Assembly (NCBI GenBank): GCA_947501605.1
Contig: CANMWZ010000048.1
Location: 1-24,420, forward strand
Length of the DNA: 24,420 bases
Direction of reading: 5' to 3'
Source: Planctomycetota bacterium
GTDB lineage: Bacteria > Planctomycetota > UBA1135 > UBA2386
A program made the translations under genes and the position numbers. This document shows, one piece after another, positions 18,585 through 24,420 of this stretch (positions within the stretch are counted from its first letter, which is position 1; each line of letters begins with the position of its first letter). A model generated the notes under the pieces. It saw only the letters and a program-made list of their open reading frames with translations. It did not search any database and was not told where the DNA came from.

Positions 18585-18896
18585 ATGAACATCCGGAACG
18601 TGAGCAACAGTGGTGGCGTCGATCGCGGTGGAGACCGCCCGATCCGCGTTGACGGCAAGCGCGAGAGCAGTGCTGCAGCCAGCTCGACCGGGGACAAGGC
18701 CGCGATCAGCAGCGATGGCCGCGATGCCAAGGCTGCGTTCGAAGCCAACGTCGATGTCGTGCGCGCCGAAGGCAGCGATCGCGCCGCGATCGTCAGCCGC
18801 GCGATGGAGAAGCTGAAGAGCGGGGAGCTCGACACCGAGGCCGTCTACCGCGACGCCGCATCGCGCCTGCTCGCGACCGACTTCCGCACTGCCTGA
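18585..18896 (+). CDS. flgM: Probable anti-sigma-28 factor FlgM (103 aa)
   Basis: ATG 18585 follows GGAGG and lies at the 3' end of the 317-aa track ORF. GDKAAISS matches DxVxIS, and DRAAIVSRAMEKLKSGELDTEAVYRDAASRLL matches the FlgM C-terminal pattern. Upstream sigma-28-like promoter. Confidence 0.75.
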   Translation: MNIRNVSNSGGVDRGGDRPIRVDGKRESSAAASSTGDKAAISSDGRDAKAAFEANVDVVRAEGSDRAAIVSRAMEKLKSGELDTEAVYRDAASRLLATDFRTA

Positions 18897-18935
18897 GTTC
18901 CGCGCGACTGGGGCGCTGCTGACAGCCGTTGCGCG

Positions 18936-20132
18936 TCACATGAAGTTGCGCGTGTGCAAGGAACTCAGCTGCGCCGCTTCGCGGTCGTCGAAGCCGAGTC
19001 GCCGCAAGCGTGCCCGCCGACCGGAGTCCATCTGGGTTTGCAGATCGGCAACCGCCGCGTGACCGCGCGCAATGGCCGCCGGCGTCAACGCACCAGCCGC
19101 CAGGATCACCAACGCGTCGAACACTTCGGCGTTGAGCCCGGCCGTGTGTCGCAGCATCTCATGGCGGCGTTCGATGGCGACCCGCAGGCGCGGTCGCAGC
19201 GTCGAGTCGTGCGCGGCATGACGCAAGAGGTGCGACATGCCGAAGGCGACATGTCGCGCCTCGTCGACTGCCGCCAGCCGCATCACTTCGGCGGTGCAGC
19301 GATCGGGCGCGTGGGTCTGAAGGAAGCCGAGCAGATTGAGGAAGGAGCCTTCGCCAAGCACGCTGAGCAGGAAGCTGGCGAGGGCGAAGTCCGGCTCGTC
19401 GATGAGGGTCTGCAGCGATGCCTGACCACCGCCGGTCGAGAGGCCGAGTTGGTCGCGTGCGAGCAGGGCTCGCCGGGTGAACACCTCGATGTGACGAGCT
19501 TCGTCCGCAGCCTGGATCGCAAGTAGTTGCACGACTTCGCGGAAGTGCGGGTGCACCTTGGCGCAGAAGTGCGCCGGGACGATCAGCGCCGCGGTCTCGT
19601 TCTCGATCAGGTAGGTCAGTACTTGCACCAGCGCGTCTTCGACGAATGCAGGGTGCGTGCGCGGGGCGTCCCACGGGATGGCGCTCGCCGGATCCCACTG
19701 CGCGGCGGCGGCGGCGCGGTAGAGCTGGCCGGCGTTGTCGCTCCAGATCTCGTCCTTGTCGGCGAGCGCGAAGGCGAACGCAGGCGCTCCGGCCTCGACC
19801 TGAGCCCCGCGCGCGGCGAGGCCCCACGTGGCATTGGCGTGATCCATCGCGCCGTCGGGCGCTGCACTGCCAGCGCGTTGCGCCCCGACCCAGCGCGCGT
19901 TGGTCGCGGTGCCGCGCACCAACGTGCCCCTGCTGTGTTCGTCGTCGGCGCTCTCGAACCCGTGACCCTCGGCCCTCGCAAAGGCGCGCAAGTGCAGATC
20001 GAGCGATGGCGCCACCCCATGGACCGTCAATCGATCGCCGGGTGCCAGTGCCAGCAGCGCGTGCCGCAGCAACACCGTCGCGCCGAAGTCGAGGCCGAGG
20101 TCCGCGAGGTCGATGGCGGCGTTGCTCATCAT
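18936..20132 (-). CDS. TusA/SirA-like domain fused to a ferritin-like diiron-carboxylate domain (398 aa)
   Basis: ATGA overlap with the upstream gene. N-terminal IDLADLG..LLRHALLALAPGDRLTV..PSLDLHLRAFARAEGH is TusA-like. LYRAAAAAQWDP..IPW precedes the ligand set IENE / DEARH / GEG / DEARH. Confidence 0.85.
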   Translation of the reverse strand: MMSNAAIDLADLGLDFGATVLLRHALLALAPGDRLTVHGVAPSLDLHLRAFARAEGHGFESADDEHSRGTLVRGTATNARWVGAQRAGSAAPDGAMDHANATWGLAARGAQVEAGAPAFAFALADKDEIWSDNAGQLYRAAAAAQWDPASAIPWDAPRTHPAFVEDALVQVLTYLIENETAALIVPAHFCAKVHPHFREVVQLLAIQAADEARHIEVFTRRALLARDQLGLSTGGGQASLQTLIDEPDFALASFLLSVLGEGSFLNLLGFLQTHAPDRCTAEVMRLAAVDEARHVAFGMSHLLRHAAHDSTLRPRLRVAIERRHEMLRHTAGLNAEVFDALVILAAGALTPAAIARGHAAVADLQTQMDSGRRARLRRLGFDDREAAQLSSLHTRNFM

Positions 20133-20974
20133 GGTTGCATCGACTGCACGAAGCGATCGATCCAGCGGAAGCGATCGCAACTCCGCGCCAGCGTGGCATA
20201 GCCATTGGTGCGCCCGGGCCGCCATTGCTTCAGCCCTTCGAGGTCGAGCAACGGCCGCGCGACCGGATCGTCGTAGCGCATCGACAAGAGCAGGTCGCAG
20301 AAGCGGGCAACGAGGCTCTCGGGCGCTCCGTCGAGGACGCTGACGTTGCAGTGGTCGAAGAGACCAGTCTGCGACAGCACGCGCGTTTGTGCGCGTGGCA
20401 GCGTGCCTTCCTGAGTGAACAGCAGGTGGTTGCTGTCGATCATGCAGGCGGCGTCGACCTCGCCCGTCATCAGCGCCTTCGCGGCGTCGCGCTCGCCGCC
20501 GATGTGGTCGCCGTGCTTGCCAACCAGTACGTCGAAGCGCCGCACGCGGAAGTCGCGGTCGGCCAGCAAACCCTGTTGCGCCAAGTGTTCGAGCGGGATC
20601 ATCGTCGCCTGCGGCGAGTCCATTGCGCCCACACCGAGGGTCGTGCCGCGCAGGTCTGCGACCGTCTGCGCCTTCGAGTCGGCGCGAACAACGAGGACCG
20701 AACTGAGGTCCATGTCGGTGTCGCGCATGGCAACCGCCCGAGCTGTTCGCCCGCGCGCTTTGGCGATCCGATCGGTCTGCAGCCACGCGAGCGGTGAGTT
20801 CCAGGCAACGTGGAAGGCGCCATCGAAGTGCTGCTCGACCTGCCGTTCGTAGTTGCTGTAGAGCACGTAGTCGAAGGCGAGGCCGCGGGCCGCAAACCAC
20901 TTTTGAAAACCATCCCAGATGGTCACGACCTTGGCGTCGTAGGCAACCGCAGCGAGGATCAGGGTGTCGGTCAT
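20129..20974 (-). CDS. PhnD/SsuA-like type II substrate-binding-fold protein without signal peptide (281 aa)
   Basis: Motifs YSNYERQVE, VAWNSPLAW, SVLVVRADS..TVADLRG..LGVGAMDS and ALMTGEVDAA. The N-terminus MTDTLILAAVAY enters the first beta strand directly. Confidence 0.85.
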   Translation of the reverse strand: MTDTLILAAVAYDAKVVTIWDGFQKWFAARGLAFDYVLYSNYERQVEQHFDGAFHVAWNSPLAWLQTDRIAKARGRTARAVAMRDTDMDLSSVLVVRADSKAQTVADLRGTTLGVGAMDSPQATMIPLEHLAQQGLLADRDFRVRRFDVLVGKHGDHIGGERDAAKALMTGEVDAACMIDSNHLLFTQEGTLPRAQTRVLSQTGLFDHCNVSVLDGAPESLVARFCDLLLSMRYDDPVARPLLDLEGLKQWRPGRTNGYATLARSCDRFRWIDRFVQSMQP

Positions 20975-20999
20975 GGTGGTTCTGCTCGGTGGCGGCGAC

Positions 21000-22127
21000 T
21001 CAGCCAAACAACGGCATACCGCAGATCGCCTTGCCGATGAAGTCGTAGAGCTGGTCGCTGGTCGGTGCCATCACCAGCGATGCCCGCGTGTCGCGGAAGA
21101 GCCGCTCGACGCCAACGTCCTTGCGGAATGCCATCCCGCCGCAGACGCGCATCGCGAGATCCGCTACCTGCGCCGCAGTGTCGGCGGCGGCGGCCTTGAC
21201 CTCGAGCACGCGCAGGCCGGCATCGGCGCGCCCTTCTTCGAGCGCGGTGAAGGTGTCGTTCCACAAGCCCTTCGCCATGTCGACCTGGATGCGCATCTTG
21301 GCGACGTAGGCGCGGATCGTGGGCAGATCGGCGAGCGCGTTCTGCGTCGCGAGATGGGCGTACTTCTGGCCCGAAGCATGCGCTGCGGTCTTCTGCACCA
21401 ACGCCTCGGCGAGCCCGAGTGCGCCGCTCGCGATCAGGCACGAGAACGTGGGCAGCACGGTGCCCATCATGATGCCGAAGCCGGCGCCGTCGTCGCCGAG
21501 GCGATTCTTGTTGCTGATCTCGACGCCGCTCGCCGTGACCGGCGCCGAGTCGTTGCCGCGCAAGCCGAGGCCGTCGAACGGTCGCGCCACGGTGAGCCCT
21601 TTCTGCTTGTTGGGCACGAGCCACAGCGTGCTGGCTTCGTTGCCGGCAGTTGGCTTGCTCGACCACACGAACGCAGTGGCGTGGTTGGCCGACGTGATCC
21701 AGCTCTTCTCCGCATCGAGCACGACGCGGTCGCCCTTCTTGGTCGCCGTGCTGACGGGGGCCCAGAAGTGCGAACGCGAACCCGCTTCGCTGAACGCGAG
21801 CGTCGACAGGTGGCGTCCGGCGGCGATGTCGCGTCGGGTGGCAAGGTCGCCGTGCGCCTCGATCACCGTTGTGCCGCTGTAGTGCATGGTCAGCACCATC
21901 GCCGAGCTGCCGCATTCGCGAGCGATGCGTTCGATCACGTGCGCCGCTGCGCGCAGTGGCGCACCGTGGCCGCCGACATCGGGCTTGCTCAGCAGCGCGA
22001 GCAGGCCGTGTTGGCGCGCCGCCTCGACGGTTGCCGTGGGAAACGACGCGTTGGCGTCAACTGCACCGGCGTGCTCGCGGGCAACGTCTGCGACTGCTTC
22101 GGCGGCCGCATGGAAATCGTAGGTCAT
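21000..22127 (-). CDS. Acyl-CoA dehydrogenase-fold flavoprotein (375 aa), non-canonical
   Basis: Motifs VDANASFP, CGSSAMVLTMH, LAFSEAGS, AEKSWITS, GLGLRGNDS, GDDGAGF, AMRVCGG and VERLFRD. ATG at 22127. Confidence 0.9.
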   Translation of the reverse strand: MTYDFHAAAEAVADVAREHAGAVDANASFPTATVEAARQHGLLALLSKPDVGGHGAPLRAAAHVIERIARECGSSAMVLTMHYSGTTVIEAHGDLATRRDIAAGRHLSTLAFSEAGSRSHFWAPVSTATKKGDRVVLDAEKSWITSANHATAFVWSSKPTAGNEASTLWLVPNKQKGLTVARPFDGLGLRGNDSAPVTASGVEISNKNRLGDDGAGFGIMMGTVLPTFSCLIASGALGLAEALVQKTAAHASGQKYAHLATQNALADLPTIRAYVAKMRIQVDMAKGLWNDTFTALEEGRADAGLRVLEVKAAAADTAAQVADLAMRVCGGMAFRKDVGVERLFRDTRASLVMAPTSDQLYDFIGKAICGMPLFG

Positions 22128-22366
22128 GAGGATCTCGCGAGAATGGCCGCCTGCCATTGCCGCGGATGCATCAACCGCAGCTTGGGTCGGCGTCGTGCGA
22201 TGGCCCGGACACGCCGGACCTTGGCACGGTTCAGAGGTAGTGAGTGGTCGGATGCACGTGCCCCACGGTAGCGAGAAGCTCCGGCGGTCGGAAGCAAGGC
22301 GTCGTGAAGTAGCCGATGGCGACGGTGACGGTTGTCGCGACGGCATTCGTAACGGACCATGCGCGC

Positions 22367-22846
22367 ATGGACATGTCCTCTGGTTCTCGCGCCGTCGCAG
22401 CGAAGGGTCTGCCGCTCGGTGCCGTTTTGGGCATCCTGGTCGGTTGCACTTCCTGGGTCTTCGGCCTGCTGCTGCTCTGTATCGCCGAAGGGCGCGCCGA
22501 CATGATCTGGCCTGTCGTCGTGCCCGTGCTGTGCGGCTCGTTCGGAGTTGCGACCTCGGTCCTATTGGTGCTAACGCTGGTCCATCGGCTCACGCCGGCA
22601 CGACGTGACGCAGTGCGCGGCCCGGTCATGTTCGGCAGCATGTTCGTCGCCATGGGCAGTCTGCTGCTGCTGGCCGATGGCTTCGTTACGCCGCTCTTGG
22701 CGAGCGAGCCCAAGCTCGGAGACGTCGTACGCGCGAGTGGCGGCGTTCTGGGCATGCCGACCGAGTTCGCGTGCGCACTGCTCGTCGCCGGGTGCGCACT
22801 CCTGTTCGGGGTGATGCGAAAGCTGACGAAGCTCGACGCGGCGTAG
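22367..22846 (+). CDS. Hypothetical integral membrane protein (about four TM helices; start uncertain among 22316, 22367 and 22373)
   Basis: Four long hydrophobic segments. Fills the gap between two minus-strand operons and its stop converges on the lipoprotein gene. Confidence 0.65.
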   Translation: MDMSSGSRAVAAKGLPLGAVLGILVGCTSWVFGLLLLCIAEGRADMIWPVVVPVLCGSFGVATSVLLVLTLVHRLTPARRDAVRGPVMFGSMFVAMGSLLLLADGFVTPLLASEPKLGDVVRASGGVLGMPTEFACALLVAGCALLFGVMRKLTKLDAA

Positions 22847-22867
22847 CCGGAGTCTCGCCGTTCGTGG

Positions 22868-23500
22868 TCAGTCTTCTTCCCAGGTGCCGACGAAGCGATG
22901 CGCCACGTAGGCGCAAAAGCGCGTCGGCGCGATGGTGTCGAACTCGAAGCCGTGCAGGTTGCCGTCGTGGGTCAACACCCTGTCGTAGTAGTGGCGCAGA
23001 TCGCTCTGCATGCTGCGGTCGCTGGCGTCGTAGAGCGCATCGACGGCCCAGATGATCGATCCCGAGTGCACCGAGACGAGCTGCGTGCGCATGCCGAGAT
23101 GCGGCGGCGTGTAGGCGCGACACGAAGTGATCGTGCCGAGCAGCACACCGTCGAGCCGATAGCGATTGCACAGCGCTACGATCTCGTCGGTGGAGATGCG
23201 ACCGTGGCGCAATGAAGCGTCGAGCGGAACCACTTCGACGGAGTCGGCCGGCAGCGGCACCACCTCGAAGCGGCGCAGCTTCAGCAGCTCGTTGATGTAG
23301 GTCTCGCGAATGCGGGTCTTGTCAGCGACAACGCCAGGTTCTTCCGAAAACGGCAGCACCATGATCCGGCGGACGCACGCGAGGTCGCGCGCGTCGGCCA
23401 GGTAGCTGTTGATGGCACGCTTCTCTGGCGGTCGTTCGAGGGCGCAACTGGCGAAGGCCAGCAGGACGCCGACGAGCACTGCATTGCTGCTGAGTCTCAC
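22868..23500 (-). CDS. Lipoprotein with a CsgG/FlgO/PelC/DUF799-like alpha-beta fold (210 aa)
   Basis: GTG 23500 overlaps the upstream TGA. Lipobox VLLAFASC. Pattern RRIMVLPF...RFEVV...YRLDGVLLGTIT...QLVSVHSGSIIWA. Confidence 0.75.
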   Translation of the reverse strand: MRLSSNAVLVGVLLAFASCALERPPEKRAINSYLADARDLACVRRIMVLPFSEEPGVVADKTRIRETYINELLKLRRFEVVPLPADSVEVVPLDASLRHGRISTDEIVALCNRYRLDGVLLGTITSCRAYTPPHLGMRTQLVSVHSGSIIWAVDALYDASDRSMQSDLRHYYDRVLTHDGNLHGFEFDTIAPTRFCAYVAHRFVGTWEED

Positions 23501-24006
23501 TCCTTGCCTCCCGCGGGCGCCGCCGGCGTGTCGAGGCCGCTGGCGCCAGGAACCGTCTCTAGAGTGCGTTGCATCTCGGCGATCTTGGCCAGCAATGCGG
23601 ATTGTTCGAGCTTGGCCTTCTCGATGCCGAGGCTCAGGATGCGGGCTTCGAGTTCGCGGCGCTTTTGCTGCAGACTCCCGACTTCGGCTTCGGCCTGGGT
23701 TCGCAACGTGCGTTCGCGAACGAGAGAGTCGCCTTCGCCGCTGAGCTTGAGTTGCGACGCAAGGAACTTGTCTTGCAGGTCCTTGTAGTCCTTCTCCAAC
23801 TTGGCGTGATCGTCGCGCAGCGCTTTGTAGCCGCTCAGCAGGTACTCCTGCTTGGGGCCCAGGTCGACCTCGGTGTTGACGCCGGCTTCCTTGTAGGTCC
23901 CCTTGTAGCCGTCGAGCGGGTCTTCTGGCTTGGGCTCGTAGCCCAACGGCACGTTGTGGCACGCGGCGAAGAGCATGAGAAAGGGAGCGACGCGAAGCAT
24001 GGTCAT
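23497..24006 (-). CDS. Lipoprotein with a long coiled coil (169 aa), function unknown
   Basis: ATG 24006 follows GAGGAG and overlaps the upstream stop (ATGA). Lipobox LMLFAAC. Heptad-rich C-terminal two-thirds. Confidence 0.78.
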   Translation of the reverse strand: MTMLRVAPFLMLFAACHNVPLGYEPKPEDPLDGYKGTYKEAGVNTEVDLGPKQEYLLSGYKALRDDHAKLEKDYKDLQDKFLASQLKLSGEGDSLVRERTLRTQAEAEVGSLQQKRRELEARILSLGIEKAKLEQSALLAKIAEMQRTLETVPGASGLDTPAAPAGGKE

Positions 24007-24266
24007 CGGATCTCCTCTGGAGCGTGGAAGAACTCGATCAAGGATGTGGCGCCGCACTCGCAGCCCCCTGCGAACAAGGCGATGCGATCGCCGCATTCGC
24101 GACCGCGAAGGGTGGAGAGGGTGGTCGCCGACTCTTGGCAATCGTCGCGGAGCAGTGCCTCTGCGATGCGGGCGCTGTCGAGTTGCCGTGGCGAGAGCGC
24201 CACTTCGGGTTGCGCCTGGCACAGGGCCAACGCGAACACGAGTGTGGCAGCGTTCCGCGCGTTCAC
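24003..24266 (-). CDS. Small hypothetical CxCG protein (87 aa)
   Basis: GTG 24266 follows GGAGG, with start/stop overlaps on both sides. The C-terminus GDRIALFAGGCECGATSLIE is paralogous to the upstream gene. Confidence 0.6.
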   Translation of the reverse strand: MNARNAATLVFALALCQAQPEVALSPRQLDSARIAEALLRDDCQESATTLSTLRGRECGDRIALFAGGCECGATSLIEFFHAPEEIR

Positions 24267-24420
24267 TTGACACCCTCCGGCGCGTAGACGCATTCGATCA
24301 ACGTGTTGGCGCCGCAGCTGCAGCGCACCTCGAGGCCAGCTACGCGATCTCCGTCCATCAACGGCACGACGGTGATGTTGCTGCTGTGCTGACTGCTGCA
24401 GTCGACCATCGCTGGCTGCG
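24263..24420 (-). CDS. Small hypothetical CxCG protein, 3' part (5' end probably outside the window)
   Basis: Not in the ORF track. Manual translation gives QPAMVDCSSQHSSNITVVPLMDGDRVAGLEVRCSCGANTLIECVYAPEGVK*. Its TGA overlaps the GTG of the next gene. Confidence 0.65.
   Translation of the reverse strand, partial: QPAMVDCSSQHSSNITVVPLMDGDRVAGLEVRCSCGANTLIECVYAPEGVK

Noticed and set aside
20133..20900. 256-aa N-terminal extension of the diiron protein (654-aa ORF) as a fusion or frameshift product
   Set aside because: It is an alternate frame over the PBP-fold gene with non-protein-like composition; the ATGA coupling at 20129-20132 explains the real start.
22221..22237. TTGGCACG as a plus-strand sigma-54 promoter
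   Set aside because: No GC at the -12 position (it reads AG).
22294..22319. GCAAG...GCCGATGG as a sigma-28 promoter for the membrane-protein gene
   Set aside because: Spacing is one base short and both boxes are degenerate.
18897..22867. ACAD module as a mobile element or genomic island
   Set aside because: No integrase, transposase, tRNA, flanking direct repeats or obvious compositional shift were seen.

Overview
High-GC bacterial genomic DNA, probably from a diderm Planctomycetota-like organism (inferred from signal-peptide style, a secreted HEAT-repeat protein and the FlgM type; not proven). Left end (minus strand): etfB-etfA-ychF (ychF truncated) and a secreted HEAT-repeat protein. Centre (minus): one tightly coupled flagellar rod/hook/ring operon, fliK-flgD-flgE-flgF-flgG-flgA-flgH-flgI-flgJ-flgN-flgK-flgL, ending in a divergent FliE-like gene and an Eis-like GNAT. 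It is preceded by a sigma-54 (-24/-12) promoter with two tandem CGGC-N7-GCCG dyads that look like enhancer sites. A divergent flgM has a sigma-28-type promoter. Right of flgM is the best candidate for an undescribed system: a compact three-gene operon encoding an acyl-CoA-dehydrogenase-fold flavoprotein that appears to lack both catalytic Glu positions, a signal-less PhnD/PBP-fold protein with a KHGDHIGGE motif, and a Cys-less TusA-like domain fused to a ferritin-like diiron domain with two DEARH motifs. Right end (minus): a coupled operon of two tandem CxCG paralogues, a coiled-coil lipoprotein and a CsgG/FlgO/PelC-like lipoprotein. No RNA genes, CRISPR arrays or mobile elements were recognised.
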